In this document: positions 17,547-30,058 of the stretch, in pieces | Layout: each line of letters opens with the position of its first letter | How positions within the stretch are numbered: the first letter of the stretch is position 1 | Origin: Acidobacteriota bacterium | GTDB lineage: Bacteria; Acidobacteriota; Vicinamibacteria; Vicinamibacterales; 2-12-FULL-66-21 | Reading direction: 5' to 3' | Assembly: GCA_031393955.1 (NCBI GenBank) | Contig: JANMWI010000082.1 | Span: forward strand, 26,064-90,063 | Length of the DNA: 64,000 bases | Position numbers and translations under genes: made by a program | Notes under the pieces: generated by a model | What the model was told of the DNA's origin: nothing | The model's input: the letters and a program-made list of their open reading frames with translations, nothing else | The model's database searches: none

Positions 17547-19235
17547 ATGAGCGACCAGAGCCTCCCGACCCCCACTTCGACCCCGCCGGATCGCGACATG
17601 GGGAATGCGCTGCGCACGGCTCGCGCGCTCCAGTCCGCCATCCTTGATGCCGCCCTCGATCCAATCATCGTCATGGACGCGGACGGCATGGTCCTGGAGT
17701 TCAATCCAGCCGCCGAGCGGACGTTTGGCTTCGAGCGGTCGTTGGTCGTCGGACGCGAGATGGCGTCGTTCATCATTCCCGAGCGATTTCGTGACGCCCA
17801 CCGGAACGCCCTCGCGCGCGTCGTGCAGACCGGCGTCGGCCGGATCCTCGGGCAGCGCCTCGAGCTCACCGGACTGCGCGCCGACGGCTCCGAGTTTCCG
17901 GTCGAGCTGACGATCGCGCGCACCGCCGGGCACGGCGCGCCGCTGTTCACCGGTTACCTCCGCGACATCACCCAGCGGCAGAAGGACGAGCAGACACTGC
18001 TCGACGGCACCCGGCTGGCGTCGCTGGCCGCCGACGTCGGCACCACCCTGACCCGCGACGAGTCCCTGCGCGACATGCTCCAGGGGTGCGCTGAAGCAGT
18101 CGTCCGGCGGCTCGACGCCGCCATTGCGCGGATCTGGACCCTGGACGTCGAGACGCAGACCCTGGAGCTGCAGGCCAGCGCCGGGATCTACACCCATCTG
18201 GATGGACCGCATGGCCGCGTACCCGTCGGCAAGTTCAAAATCGGGCTGATTGCCGCCGAGCGCGCGCCGCATCTGACCAACCAGGTCGTCGGCGATCCGC
18301 GGGTTGGCGATCAGGCGTGGGCGATCCGGGAAGGCATGGTCGCGTTCGCCGGCTACCCGCTGATGATCCGGGACGAGATGATTGGCGTGCTGGCGATGTT
18401 CAGCCGCCGGCCGCTGAGCGACGCGGACTTCGACGGCCTGGCGACCGTCGCCCAGGGCGTCGCGCTCGGCATCGCCCGTCGGCGCGGCGTCGAGGCGCTC
18501 CGCGACCGCGCCGACCAGCTCGCGATGCTGGCCGCCGAACTGAAGCGCACCAACGGCGAGCTCGACCAGTTCGCCTACGTCGCCTCTCACGATCTCAAAG
18601 CGCCGCTGCGCGGCATCGCCAACCTGTCGGAGTGGATCGAAGAGGATCTCGGCGATCGCGTGCCGGCGTCGACGCGTCAGCACCTGACGCTGATGCGCGG
18701 CCGGGTGCACCGCATGGAGGCGTTGATCGACGGCGTCCTCGAATTCTCGCGGGCGGGCCGGGTCCGCGGCGCCGCCGAGATGGTCGACACCCGGCAGCTG
18801 GCGCAGGAGGTCGTCGAACTGCTCGCCGTGCCGCCCACAACTGGCGTCGACATCGACGAGCGGCTGCCGCCCCTGCTGACCGAGCGGCTGCCGCTCCAGC
18901 AGGTGCTCCTCAATCTCGTCGGCAACGCGGTCAAGTACCACCGCGCCCCCGGCGCAACGGTGCGCATCTGGGGTCAGCCGTCGCCAGCCGGCTTCGCCTT
19001 CCACGTCACCGACAACGGCCCGGGCATCGCGCCGGAGTTCCACGAGCGCATCTGGGGTATCTTCCAGACGCTCGAGGCGCGCGACAAGGTCGAGGGCACC
19101 GGCATCGGGCTGGCGCTGGTCAAGAAGATTGTCGAGGGACGCGGCGGCCGCGTCTGGGTCGAATCGGAGGCCGGGCGGGGCGCCACCTTCGGGTTCTCGT
19201 GGCCCCCGGCGGGCGCCCCACGAACGGAGCGATGA
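17547..19235 (+). CDS. sensor histidine kinase (PAS-GAF-HisKA-HATPase)
   Basis: ORF 17277..19235, with ATG 17547 preferred because the upstream stretch is Trp/Arg-rich nonsense. Domain evidence: PAS (ILDAALDPIIVMDADGMVLEFNPAAERTFGF), GAF (RIWTLDVETQTLELQASAG...VLAMFSRRPL), H-box (FAYVASHDLKAPLRGI), and N/G boxes (LVGNAVKY, DNGPGI, GTGIGLALVKKIVE). Confidence 0.85.
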   Translation: MSDQSLPTPTSTPPDRDMGNALRTARALQSAILDAALDPIIVMDADGMVLEFNPAAERTFGFERSLVVGREMASFIIPERFRDAHRNALARVVQTGVGRILGQRLELTGLRADGSEFPVELTIARTAGHGAPLFTGYLRDITQRQKDEQTLLDGTRLASLAADVGTTLTRDESLRDMLQGCAEAVVRRLDAAIARIWTLDVETQTLELQASAGIYTHLDGPHGRVPVGKFKIGLIAAERAPHLTNQVVGDPRVGDQAWAIREGMVAFAGYPLMIRDEMIGVLAMFSRRPLSDADFDGLATVAQGVALGIARRRGVEALRDRADQLAMLAAELKRTNGELDQFAYVASHDLKAPLRGIANLSEWIEEDLGDRVPASTRQHLTLMRGRVHRMEALIDGVLEFSRAGRVRGAAEMVDTRQLAQEVVELLAVPPTTGVDIDERLPPLLTERLPLQQVLLNLVGNAVKYHRAPGATVRIWGQPSPAGFAFHVTDNGPGIAPEFHERIWGIFQTLEARDKVEGTGIGLALVKKIVEGRGGRVWVESEAGRGATFGFSWPPAGAPRTER

Positions 19236-19651
19236 TGGCGGAGCGCATGCTGAACATCCTGCTGGTCGAGGACGACACCGTCGACGTGATGAACGTCCGG
19301 CGGGCGTTCGAAAAGAACAAGATCCTGAATCCGCTGTTTGTTGCCGGTGACGGCGTCGAGGCGCTCGAAATGCTGCGCGCCGGCAAGGTTCCGAACGAGC
19401 GCCGCATCATCCTGCTCGACCTCAACATGCCGAGGATGAACGGCCTCGAGTTCCTGCGCGAGCTGCGCGCCGATCCCAAGCACGGCCACACCCCGGTCGT
19501 CGTCCTGACCACCTCCAACGCCGAGCGGGACCGGATCGACGCCTACAACCTCAACGTCGCCGGCTACCTGCTCAAGCCGGTGACGTTCATCAACTTCGTC
19601 GAAGTGATGTCGACGCTGAACAAGTACTGGACCCTCGTCGAGCTCCCCTGA
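19232..19651 (+). CDS. single-domain response regulator (CheY-like receiver)
   Basis: ATG 19232 overlaps the kinase stop (ATGA). It begins MMAERMLNILLVEDDTVDVMNVRRAF and carries ILLDLNMPRMNGLEFL and GYLLKP. Confidence 0.9.
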   Translation: MMAERMLNILLVEDDTVDVMNVRRAFEKNKILNPLFVAGDGVEALEMLRAGKVPNERRIILLDLNMPRMNGLEFLRELRADPKHGHTPVVVLTTSNAERDRIDAYNLNVAGYLLKPVTFINFVEVMSTLNKYWTLVELP

Positions 19652-21228
19652 TGGCGCTGACCCTCCTCCTCGTCGATGACGATGTCGTCGATCGGATGGC
19701 GATCCGGCGCGCCCTCAAGGAGGCGGGAGTGTTGGCCGACTGCCATGAGGTGGCCGACGCCGACGCGGCGCTGGCGGCACTGCAGTCGCAGGTGTTCGAC
19801 TGCGTGCTGCTCGATTACCGGCTGCCGAAAACAGACGGGCTCGAGCTGCTGAAGCGAATTCAGGCGTCGGGCATCACGACCCCGGTGATTGCCCTGACCG
19901 GCCAGGGGGACGAGCAGCTGGCGGTCGAGATGATGCGCGCCGGAGCGTCGGACTACCTGGCCAAGCAGTCGCTGTCGGCCGATCGCCTGCACCGCAGCCT
20001 CCGCCATGCGATCGCGATGGCCCAGGTCGAAGCGGATCGCCGCCAGGCGTTGGAGCGCGAGCGGATCGCCCGCGAGGAGGCGCAGGCGGCCAACCGGGCG
20101 AAAGATGAGTTCCTGGCGACGCTCTCGCACGAACTGCGGACCCCGCTCAACGCCATCCTCGGCTGGGCGCGGCTGCTTGCCGCGGGCGGCCTCGACGAGA
20201 CGAAGATAGCGCGCGCCGTCAGCACGATCGAGCGCAACGCGCTGGCGCAGGCCAAGCTGATCGAGGACCTGCTCGACATTTCGCGCGTCGAGACCGGCAA
20301 GATGGAGCTCGACCTCGTGCCGCTCGAGCTGACGGCGTTCACCGACGGCCTCGTCGAATCGTTCCGTCCACATGCCAGCGGCACGGGGCTCTCGCTGACC
20401 TACGAATGCCGCGCCGCGGTCTGCCTGGTGCGGGCCGACGCCGCCCGGCTTGAACAGATCCTCGGCAATCTGATCGCCAACGCGATCAAGTTCACGCCCG
20501 CCGGCGGCGCCGTCACCGTGTCGCTGGAGGTGGCCGGCGGCACCGCCATCTTCCGCGTCCGCGACACCGGCCTCGGGCTCGACCCGGCATTTCTGCCGCA
20601 CGCTTTCGAACGGTTCCGCCAGGCCAACACCGGCCCGACCAGGCAGCATGGCGGCCTTGGCCTCGGGCTGGCGATCGTCCAGCACCTGACGCGGATGCAC
20701 GGCGGCGACGTCGGCGTGCACAGCGACGGTCTGAATCGCGGCGCCGAGTTCACGGTGTCGCTGCCGGTACTGACCGGCGACGAGGAGGAGGCCACCGGGA
20801 CGGCGCGGCCGGTGAGTGGGCCGGCGCTGTCGCTCGCCGGCATCCGGGTGATGGCGGTCGACGACGAAGTCGATGCGCTCGGTCTGATGGAGGCGCTGCT
20901 CGCCGCCCGGGGGGCGCAGGTCATGACGGCGCGGTCGGTGGCGGAGGCGCTCGCGACTCTGGAACGGGACGCTCCCGATGTCGTCGTCAGCGACATTGCG
21001 ATGCCCGGAGCGGATGGCTACTCGCTGATTGCCGCGATCCGGCGGTCGTCCTCCGCCGCGGTGCGGGACGTTCCGGTGGTCGCGGTGACGGCCTACGCCA
21101 CCGCGGCCGATCGGCTCCGGGCGCTGCACCAAGGCTTCGATGCGCACGTCACCAAGCCGATCGACACCGGGCACCTGGTCGCGCTGGTTGGCGCCCTCGC
21201 CAGCCGGCGCGGCGCGCCCAGGCCGTAA
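19651..21228 (+). CDS. hybrid histidine kinase (REC-HisKA-HATPase-REC)
   Basis: ORF 19651..21228. Its ATG overlaps the previous stop (TGATG). Domain evidence: N-terminal receiver (LLLVDDDVVDRMA...VLLDYRLPKTDG), H-box (FLATLSHELRTPLNAILG), HATPase (GGLGLGLAIVQHLTRMHGG), and a C-terminal receiver (VMAVDDEVDAL...VVSDIAMPGADG...THVTKP). Confidence 0.9.
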   Translation: MALTLLLVDDDVVDRMAIRRALKEAGVLADCHEVADADAALAALQSQVFDCVLLDYRLPKTDGLELLKRIQASGITTPVIALTGQGDEQLAVEMMRAGASDYLAKQSLSADRLHRSLRHAIAMAQVEADRRQALERERIAREEAQAANRAKDEFLATLSHELRTPLNAILGWARLLAAGGLDETKIARAVSTIERNALAQAKLIEDLLDISRVETGKMELDLVPLELTAFTDGLVESFRPHASGTGLSLTYECRAAVCLVRADAARLEQILGNLIANAIKFTPAGGAVTVSLEVAGGTAIFRVRDTGLGLDPAFLPHAFERFRQANTGPTRQHGGLGLGLAIVQHLTRMHGGDVGVHSDGLNRGAEFTVSLPVLTGDEEEATGTARPVSGPALSLAGIRVMAVDDEVDALGLMEALLAARGAQVMTARSVAEALATLERDAPDVVVSDIAMPGADGYSLIAAIRRSSSAAVRDVPVVAVTAYATAADRLRALHQGFDAHVTKPIDTGHLVALVGALASRRGAPRP

Positions 21229-21276
21229 CCGCGCCCGCACCGGGCACGTCATCAGGCACCGCACAAGGAGCGACCA

Positions 21277-22056
21277 TTGGGTTCACCGGCGTCGCCGCTC
21301 GAGTCCGCGCTGCGGCGCGATCGCGCGGTCCTTGCGCTGGTCCTGATTGCCATCCCGGCGCTGTGCTGGACGTGGATCGTCGCGATGGCCCGCGACATGG
21401 ACGGGCCGATGACCGGCGCCTCGGCGTGGATGATGAGCGTCGACTGGGATGCCCGGCGGGTGGTCCTGCTGTGGGCGATGTGGGCGGTGATGATGGCCGG
21501 GATGATGCTGCCGTCAGCCGCACCCGTCATCCTGCTCTACGCCCGCGCCGCCCGCGCCCGCCCCGAGGTGGGAGGCGCCGGGATGCGAATCCACGCCCTG
21601 GCCTTCGGCTACCTGCTGGTCTGGGCGCTGTTCAGCGCGGCGGCGACCTGGCTGCAGCGCGTTCTGTCGACGCGCCTGCTGCTGACGCCGATGATGGAGC
21701 CCGCCGTTCCGGCGGCCGCTGCGGCGGTGCTACTCGTCGCCGGCCTCTACCAGTTGACGCCGTTCAAGCAGGTCTGCCTGCGCTCGTGCCGGGCGCCGAT
21801 CGCGTTCATGACCGAGCACTGGCAACCCGGCGTGGCCGGGGCGGTCCGCATGGGGGTCGTCCACGGGCTGTACTGCCTCGGCTGCTGCTGGGCGCTGATG
21901 CTGGTGCTGTTTGCCGGCGGGGTGATGAACCTGACGGTGATCGTCGCGCTGACCGTCTGGGTCCTGGTCGAGAAGCTGGCGCCGTTCGGCGAGCAGAGCG
22001 CCCGCGTCGGCGGCGCCCTGCTCGTCGGGGTCGCGGTCTGGATGCTCGTGCGCTGA
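21277..22056 (+). CDS. DUF2182-like predicted metal-binding integral membrane protein
   Basis: ORF 21277..22056 with a TTG start and an AAGGAG SD 6 nt upstream. It is a multi-TM protein with WMMSVDWDARRVVLLWAMWAVMMAGMMLPSAAP and GLYCLGCCWALMLVLFAGGVMNL. Confidence 0.7.
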   Translation: MGSPASPLESALRRDRAVLALVLIAIPALCWTWIVAMARDMDGPMTGASAWMMSVDWDARRVVLLWAMWAVMMAGMMLPSAAPVILLYARAARARPEVGGAGMRIHALAFGYLLVWALFSAAATWLQRVLSTRLLLTPMMEPAVPAAAAAVLLVAGLYQLTPFKQVCLRSCRAPIAFMTEHWQPGVAGAVRMGVVHGLYCLGCCWALMLVLFAGGVMNLTVIVALTVWVLVEKLAPFGEQSARVGGALLVGVAVWMLVR

Positions 22057-22149
22057 CTCAGGCGCCGCGGTCGCGGCGTTGTGCCAGTCGAAGTCGCAGA
22101 GAACCCGGCGCAAGCCGGCCGGCCCAAGTGAATTCGCGCGACGGGCCGC

Positions 22150-25100
22150 TCAGCCGTCGAGGCCGCGTTCGACGCCGGCGAGCAGCTGGCGGGGCGAAAA
22201 CGGCTTCTGGATGAAGTTCTGCCCGTCGCGCAGATCGAGCTCCTGGCCGGCGATGTCGGCGCTGTAGCCGCTGGTGAAAATCACCTTCAGCGCCGGCTTG
22301 AGCGCCTGGAGGCGAGTGGCCAGCTCGCGGCCGGTCATGCCTTGCGGCATCACCATGTCGGTCAACAGCAGCTGGATCGACTCGGCATGCCGCTCGAAGA
22401 CCAGCAGGGCGTCGTGGCCATGCGCGGCCTCGAGGACGTGGTAGCCCTGGCGCTCGAGGATGACCCGGGCCAGCATGCGCACCGCCGGCTCGTCTTCGAC
22501 CAGCAGGATGGTCGCGGTGCCGCGGCGCAAGGCGGGCCGCGCCGGCGCCGGCCTGGGTGCCGCGCCGTCGTCTTCCGCTCGCAGGAAGATCCGGAAGGTC
22601 GTCCCTCGCCCCGGTGCCGTCTCGACCGCCAGCCATCCGCCGTGCTGCCTGACGATGCCGAACACGGTGGCCAGGCCGAGACCGGTGCCCCGGCCCGACT
22701 CTTTGGTGGTGAAGAACGGCTCGAAGATGTGCGGCAGGTGTTCGGCCGCAATCCCGGCGCCGGTGTCAGCGACGCTCAGCCAGACGTGCCGGCCGGGGGA
22801 GGCATCGGGGATGTGCGCCGCCTCGTCGGCGGTCAGTTCACCCTCGCCGGTGTCGATCGCCAGGCGGCCGCCGCCCGGCATCGCGTCGCGGGCGTTGACC
22901 ACCAGATTGAGGAGCACCTGGTCGAGCATGCCCGGATCGACGACCGCCGACAGCTGACGCGGGTGCAGCGTCAACTGCAGGCTGACGTCTTCGCCGAGGA
23001 TCCGCAGCAGCATCTTGGCGATCGCCGTGACGATCTCGTTGAGATCCATCTGCCGCGACTGCATCACCTGCCGGCGGCTGAACGCCAGCAGCTGACGGGT
23101 CAGGTTGGCGGCGCGGTCGGCGCTGGCTTTGATGTCGTTGAGGAGCTCCCGCGCTTCCAGCGGATTGTCGGTCGTCGCGGCGAGATCGGCCTGCATCATG
23201 ATCGCGGCGAGGATGTTGTTGAAATCGTGCGCGACGCCGCCGGCGAGCTGGCCGATGGCGTCCATCTTCTGCGACTGGCGCAGCTGCTCCTCGAGCTGGC
23301 GCCGCTCGCTGACATCCTCGGCGGTGCCGACGATGCGGGTGATCGCGCCGGCGCCGTCACGAATCGGAAACGCCCGATCGTGAATCCAGCGGATCGTGCC
23401 GTCCGGCCGGAGAATGCGATAGATCTCGTCGTACTCACCGCGCGTCTGCCTGGTGGCGGCGGCGTCGACGACCCGCTCGCGATCGTCCGGATGCACCGCG
23501 TCCAGCCAGGTCCGCGTCGAATCGTAGAGGCTGGCGCATGAGCGTCCCCAGACCCGTTCGTAGGCCGGACTGACGTAGAGCATCCGGTTCTTGGCCGGGT
23601 CGGTCACCCAGAAGACTTCCTGGACGTTGTCGGCCAGCTGACGGAACCGCTCCTCGCTCTCGCGCAGCGCCTGTTCGACCCGGCGCCGCTCGGCGTCGTG
23701 GTCGTGGACGTCGAGCGCGAACGAGATGTCGGTCGCCAACTCGTCGAACAGGCCAAGCTCTTCATCGTCGAAAGCGCCGGCCTCGGCGGCGTAGAGGTTG
23801 AACGTGCCCCGGACTCGCGCGCCGGTCTTGATGGCGAGCGACGCCATGGCGCGGAGTCCCCGGGCGATCGCCGCGTCGCGCCAGGGTGCGGCGATCGGAT
23901 CGGCGGCGATGTCGTTGCAGACACCGTGGCGGCCGCTCGCGAACGCCTCCAGCGTGACCGCGCACGCGGCGTCGCCGTCGCCGCTGATCAGCGACTGGAT
24001 GAGTGCCAGCGTGTCGTCGGACGCGCCGGCGTGCGCCGCGACGCCCAGCCGGCCGGTCGCATGGTCGACCAGTCCGACCCAGGCCACCTCGAATTGCCCC
24101 TGCTGCACGGCGATCCGGCACGCGGCCTGAAGCATCGCCTGCGGATCCCGTTCCCGGACGATCGTCTCGTTGACCTCGCTGAGCACGGCGTAGACGCGGT
24201 TGAGGTGGCGGATGCGGGCGTCGGCTTTTCGCTGCTCGGTGATGTCGCGCGTCACGCCAAGCAGCGCGTAGATCCCGCCGTCGGCATCGCGCAGCGGCGC
24301 GGCGTGCGTCTCGAGCCAGCGTCGTGTGCCCCGCCGGCCGGTGATTGCGAACGCCAGCGTCCCGCTTTCCCCTCGAAACACCCGATCGAGCAGCTGTCGA
24401 AAAGGCTCGCGGTCCGCCGGGCTGAGGAAGCCGGCGAGCCCGGACTGCTGAGCCTCCGACAGGGTGTCGACCTCCAGCATCGCCAGCCCGGCCGGATTCA
24501 TCTCGAGGAGGCGGCCGGTGCGGTCCATGACCTTGACGCATTCCGGCTCGGTGTCGACTATCGCCGCCAGGCGGTTCTTGTGTTCGAGCAGTGACTGCTC
24601 CGCCTGCTTCCGGGCGGTCACTTCCATGGCGGTGCCGCGCATCCGCACGGCGCGTCCGTCCGGCGCGAACGTGAAGTCGCCGCGGCCGGCGATCCAGTGG
24701 ATGCTGCCGTCCGGCCAGACGACCCGGAACTCACGATTGAAAGCGGCACGGAGGCTGATGCAGCGCGCGACCTCGGCATCGAGCAACGCGGTGTCGTCCG
24801 GGTGGACGCGCGCCGTGAACGCGTCATACGTCCCGTCGAATCCGCCCGGTTCGAAACCCCACAGCGCCTCGTGCCAGTTCGACCAGGTCAGGGTATTGCC
24901 CGACAGATCCCAGTCGAACGTGCCCATTTGCGCCGCGTCCAGGGCCAGCCGCAGCCGCCCTTCGCTTTCGCGGAGCGCACGCTCGATCTGCTTGCGGTCG
25001 GTGATGTCCTGCATCGCGCCGATCATCCGTACCGGCCGGCCCTGGGCATCGCGAATGACGTAGCCGCGGTCGAAGATGTCGGCATACGAGCCGTCGGCGC

Positions 25101-26232
25101 GGCGGAACTGGTACTCCTCGGCCCAGGCGTAGCCGCCCAGATCGATCGCCGCGTGGATGCCGGTGACGACCCGATCGCAATCGTCGGGGTGCAGCGAGCG
25201 CGTCCAGGAGGCAATCGTCGGCTCGGTCTCGGCCGGAGGATAGCCGAACAGAATCTCGAAATTCTCGTTCCACCACAACCGGTCGGTGCCGAGGTCCCAA
25301 TCCCAGACGACGTCGTTGGTGGCGCGCGCGACGATCTGGAAGCGTTCGTGGCCGGCGCGGATCGACGCCTCGGCGCGGTTGCCGTCGGTGATGTCGACCA
25401 GCGTGGTAATCGCCTGCTGCCGCCCGGGTGCGCCGACCAGCGCGGTGCTCGCCAGCAGCTGTCGCTCGCCGCCGGCCCGGGTCAGGACCGTCACCTCGAC
25501 GTCGCGGACGATCGATTGCGACTCGAGCCTGGCGCGGAGCGCCACCGCCAGGGACTCCTCAAGGAGGCCGAGCTCGACCATCGTCCGGCCGACCACCTCC
25601 TCGGGTGTCCAGCCGAGCAGGCGCGTGAACGCTGCGTTGACGTCGGTGAAGGTGCGATCGGGCCAGCCGTGGATGGCCATCGGCAGCGGACAGCCGCGGA
25701 ACACCTCGATCGTCCGTGCCTCGCGTCGGACCAGCTCGTGCTCGCGGCGTCTGGACTCGAGCAGCGCCATCACCTGCCGACCGAGCCGCCGCAGCGCATC
25801 GTACTGCGCCGGGTCGAGGCGGCGCGGCACGTAGTCCAGCACACACAGGGTGCCCAGCGCGTGGCCGGACGGCGCGATCAGCGGGGCACCGGCATAGAAG
25901 CGGAGACGCGGACCTCCGGCGACCAGTGGACTGGTGGAGAACTGCCTGTCCTGAACCGCGTCGCCGACGACAAAAACATCCGGCTGGGTGATGGCGCTCG
26001 CGCAGAAGAACGCATCGCGCGCGGCCTCAGTGAAATTGACGCCGACGGCCGACTTGAACCAGTGCCGCTGCTCGTCGACGAGCGAGATCAACGCGATCGG
26101 GGCGTCGCAGAGGCGCGCCGTGAGGGCGGTGAGATCGTCCAGCGCCGCGTCGGGAGGGGTGTCGAGTACCTGGTAATGAGCCAACGCCTCGAGGCGGCCG
26201 GCTTCATCGAATCGCTGGACGGGAGTCTTCAT
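22150..26232 (-). CDS. large multi-sensor hybrid histidine kinase (GAF, multiple PAS/PAC, GAF, PAS, HisKA, HATPase, REC)
   Basis: ORF 22150..26232 (1360 aa). It has an N-terminal GAF ([41 protein letters not shown]) and repeated PAS/PAC blocks. These are followed by an H-box ([11 protein letters not shown]), HATPase ([18 protein letters not shown]) and a receiver ([11 protein letters not shown]...[13 protein letters not shown]). Confidence 0.9.
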   Translation of the reverse strand: MKTPVQRFDEAGRLEALAHYQVLDTPPDAALDDLTALTARLCDAPIALISLVDEQRHWFKSAVGVNFTEAARDAFFCASAITQPDVFVVGDAVQDRQFSTSPLVAGGPRLRFYAGAPLIAPSGHALGTLCVLDYVPRRLDPAQYDALRRLGRQVMALLESRRREHELVRREARTIEVFRGCPLPMAIHGWPDRTFTDVNAAFTRLLGWTPEEVVGRTMVELGLLEESLAVALRARLESQSIVRDVEVTVLTRAGGERQLLASTALVGAPGRQQAITTLVDITDGNRAEASIRAGHERFQIVARATNDVVWDWDLGTDRLWWNENFEILFGYPPAETEPTIASWTRSLHPDDCDRVVTGIHAAIDLGGYAWAEEYQFRRADGSYADIFDRGYVIRDAQGRPVRMIGAMQDITDRKQIERALRESEGRLRLALDAAQMGTFDWDLSGNTLTWSNWHEALWGFEPGGFDGTYDAFTARVHPDDTALLDAEVARCISLRAAFNREFRVVWPDGSIHWIAGRGDFTFAPDGRAVRMRGTAMEVTARKQAEQSLLEHKNRLAAIVDTEPECVKVMDRTGRLLEMNPAGLAMLEVDTLSEAQQSGLAGFLSPADREPFRQLLDRVFRGESGTLAFAITGRRGTRRWLETHAAPLRDADGGIYALLGVTRDITEQRKADARIRHLNRVYAVLSEVNETIVRERDPQAMLQAACRIAVQQGQFEVAWVGLVDHATGRLGVAAHAGASDDTLALIQSLISGDGDAACAVTLEAFASGRHGVCNDIAADPIAAPWRDAAIARGLRAMASLAIKTGARVRGTFNLYAAEAGAFDDEELGLFDELATDISFALDVHDHDAERRRVEQALRESEERFRQLADNVQEVFWVTDPAKNRMLYVSPAYERVWGRSCASLYDSTRTWLDAVHPDDRERVVDAAATRQTRGEYDEIYRILRPDGTIRWIHDRAFPIRDGAGAITRIVGTAEDVSERRQLEEQLRQSQKMDAIGQLAGGVAHDFNNILAAIMMQADLAATTDNPLEARELLNDIKASADRAANLTRQLLAFSRRQVMQSRQMDLNEIVTAIAKMLLRILGEDVSLQLTLHPRQLSAVVDPGMLDQVLLNLVVNARDAMPGGGRLAIDTGEGELTADEAAHIPDASPGRHVWLSVADTGAGIAAEHLPHIFEPFFTTKESGRGTGLGLATVFGIVRQHGGWLAVETAPGRGTTFRIFLRAEDDGAAPRPAPARPALRRGTATILLVEDEPAVRMLARVILERQGYHVLEAAHGHDALLVFERHAESIQLLLTDMVMPQGMTGRELATRLQALKPALKVIFTSGYSADIAGQELDLRDGQNFIQKPFSPRQLLAGVERGLDG

Positions 26233-26446
26233 GAGCGGCGCGCCCGGCGCGTGGTTAGGAAGTCAGCGATCCGGGGCAGGAAATGCCGTTTCCGCCGCCC
26301 TCGGGATTGCCGCTTCATTGCCGTCTCCAGTGCGTGGACACCAAAAGGGCCGGGTCGCTGCGTGTGTCCGGTGTGCGGCGGTCGCCCGCCCATTGTGGCA
26401 CGGACAGGGTCGGTTACCCGGGCCGGCTGGCCCGCGGACCGCGCCG

Positions 26447-28537
26447 TCAGCGATTCCCGGCGTAGCGGAGTGTCCAGCTGACCCGGCCGCCGGCGGCGCT
26501 CCGCAGCCGGACGCGGCGGGTCCCGTCCTGAAGGTCCTGGCCGGCAACCTCGGCCCCCTCCGCGTGCGCCTCGTCCAGCCGGAAGCCGGAGGGTTCGGTG
26601 AGGTAGAGCGTGTAGTCATCGCCGCCGACGAGCTCGCTGACCCCCGAGAGGACGCCGTCGGCCCACCGCACCTCGCTCAGGTCCGGTCCCCCGCAGGTGA
26701 CGTGACGGCTGGTCGAGAGCAGCTGGGGATGATCGACGCGGCCGCGGAGGCACACCGCCTGCACCTGGTAGCCCGGGTCGATCGGCGGCAGCACGAGGCG
26801 ATCGCGCACCACCCCGAGCGCCCGGCGCGTCCAGAACTCGAACGCGAGATAGTCGGTGGCGGCCGGCAGCCCCAGGTCGGTGAACTCGATCCGGCCGTCG
26901 CCCGCCGCGGTCCGCGCCACCACCGTCCATTGTTCGAATGGCCTGGCGATGTCGAGCTGGTAGAGCGGCACGACCAGGCGCTGGTCGGCGTCGAACGGAC
27001 GCGGCCCGGCGCCGCTCAACGTCGCGCCGGCTTCGCCGAGGCGTGACGATCGCGACGGATCGAGGTCGTAGATCTGCCCGGGACGCGTGAACAGCACCGG
27101 CGCCGTGCGCTTCGCCGCCTCGACCCCTTCGGTGCGGTAGAACGCCGGCGGATCGGTGAGCATCAGGACCGACCCGGTGAGCGACGTCAGCGTCGCGGCG
27201 CGGTAGCCGTCCGGCTGGCTGAGCTCGATATGATCCGGGTCGTTGCGCCAGACGACGTTGTTGAAGGAGTTGTACTGGGCGAACGAACCGTAGCCGAAGC
27301 CGTCGTCGCCGATCCGCACGCCGTCTGCCAGTCCGATGAGCTCGGGGCGGACGCCCCAGCAGGCCAGCAGGTAGCGGTCGCGGCCGATCGCCTCCCGGAC
27401 CGCGGCCACGAAGCGGCGGAAGACCTGCTCGCGGTTGAGTCCGCGCCGGGCGAAGTCGTCGGCAAAACTGTTGTAGCCCTCGTAGCGCAGATGGCGGAGC
27501 GCGTCGAGCTTGAAGTAGCGCCAGCCCATGTCCTTCAGCGCGCGGTAGACCGGCGTCACGAGGCTGGCGATCGTCTCGGCGCGGCTGCCGTCCATCACGT
27601 AGCCGATCCAGTTGCCGTGGGCCGGCCGGCCGTCCGGCGCGTGCACGAACCAGCCGGGATGGGCCTCGGCGGCCTGCCGATCCTGGAAGCTGACGTTGGT
27701 CCAGATGCCGGGATCGAGGCCGCGCGCCGCGACGGCGCGACGGAGGGCGGCCAGGCCGGCGGGAAACTTCTCGTTGGTTTCGAGCCAGTGGTCCGGCAGC
27801 CCGATCGGCGAACGCTGGAAACCATCGTCGATCTGCAGGTAGCGATAGCCGAACGGCCGCAGTACCTCGCCGAGCACATCGGCGGTACGCGTCACGTCCT
27901 GCTCGGTGACCTTGTCGCGGAACGCGTACCACGACGTCCACCCGGCCACCGATTCCTGCCAGGGCTGATAGGTCCACGGCCGGTACTCGGCCAGGCCGCG
28001 ATGCCGCTGGTAGAAGCGCGGCCGGAAGCGGAGGGCAATCTCGCCCCCGGTCGCGGTGATCTGGAAGGTGCCCGGCGTCGAGGGGGAGACCTGCACCGCG
28101 GCCGGGAAATCAATCGACAGGACCCAGTCGCCGTGGCGGTCGTAGACGGCTCGATTGAGCTGGTTCGTGACCAGGCCGACCGCATGGCGCACGACCGGCA
28201 GCGCATCCTCACGCGCCTCGGACTCGACCGGGAAGGCCTCGCCCGAAGCACGCACGATGCCGGTCAGCGTCAGGCGCGCACCGGGCGCCGCCGTCCACTT
28301 CAAGACCTGCGTGACGCGGCCGCCGCCGGTCTCGACGAACCGGCGCAGATCGGTGCCGGCGGCCGTCGCCGTGATGCGTGCCTCGAACACCCGGCTGCCG
28401 GCGTAGGTCAGCACGGCCTGGTCGCCAACAACCCGCGCCGCGGCCGGGGTGTTTGGCGGCTCCGCCGCCGTCTGCCCGGCGGCCGGTGCCGACGCCGTCA
28501 GCAGCAGGAGCAGCGCCAGCCGCACCGTCGTCACCAT
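26447..28537 (-). CDS. secreted alpha-galactosidase-like glycoside hydrolase (GH27/GH36 clan-like)
   Basis: ORF 26447..28669, with the start moved to ATG 28537 (signal peptide MVTTVRLALLLLLTASAPAAGQ, GGAGAC SD). The TIM-barrel motif is FGYRYLQIDDGFQ, with ...YFKLDAL... further on. Exact family is not certain. Confidence 0.6.
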   Translation of the reverse strand: MVTTVRLALLLLLTASAPAAGQTAAEPPNTPAAARVVGDQAVLTYAGSRVFEARITATAAGTDLRRFVETGGGRVTQVLKWTAAPGARLTLTGIVRASGEAFPVESEAREDALPVVRHAVGLVTNQLNRAVYDRHGDWVLSIDFPAAVQVSPSTPGTFQITATGGEIALRFRPRFYQRHRGLAEYRPWTYQPWQESVAGWTSWYAFRDKVTEQDVTRTADVLGEVLRPFGYRYLQIDDGFQRSPIGLPDHWLETNEKFPAGLAALRRAVAARGLDPGIWTNVSFQDRQAAEAHPGWFVHAPDGRPAHGNWIGYVMDGSRAETIASLVTPVYRALKDMGWRYFKLDALRHLRYEGYNSFADDFARRGLNREQVFRRFVAAVREAIGRDRYLLACWGVRPELIGLADGVRIGDDGFGYGSFAQYNSFNNVVWRNDPDHIELSQPDGYRAATLTSLTGSVLMLTDPPAFYRTEGVEAAKRTAPVLFTRPGQIYDLDPSRSSRLGEAGATLSGAGPRPFDADQRLVVPLYQLDIARPFEQWTVVARTAAGDGRIEFTDLGLPAATDYLAFEFWTRRALGVVRDRLVLPPIDPGYQVQAVCLRGRVDHPQLLSTSRHVTCGGPDLSEVRWADGVLSGVSELVGGDDYTLYLTEPSGFRLDEAHAEGAEVAGQDLQDGTRRVRLRSAAGGRVSWTLRYAGNR

Positions 28538-28586
28538 TGATCTGTCTCCGGACCTGCCCGGCGAAGCCGCATCCGGCCGGGTGCGG

Positions 28587-29930
<1,344 letters not shown>

Positions 29931-30058
29931 GGGGCGATAGGAGACACCAACCGGGCGGGAAGGTCAACTGCCGGCCTCCCCCGGGGCCGAGGTGGCCGCC
30001 GTAGACCGACTCATCAGATGCGACGACCGGCGACCTCAGCCTGTGACAAAGTGAATGA

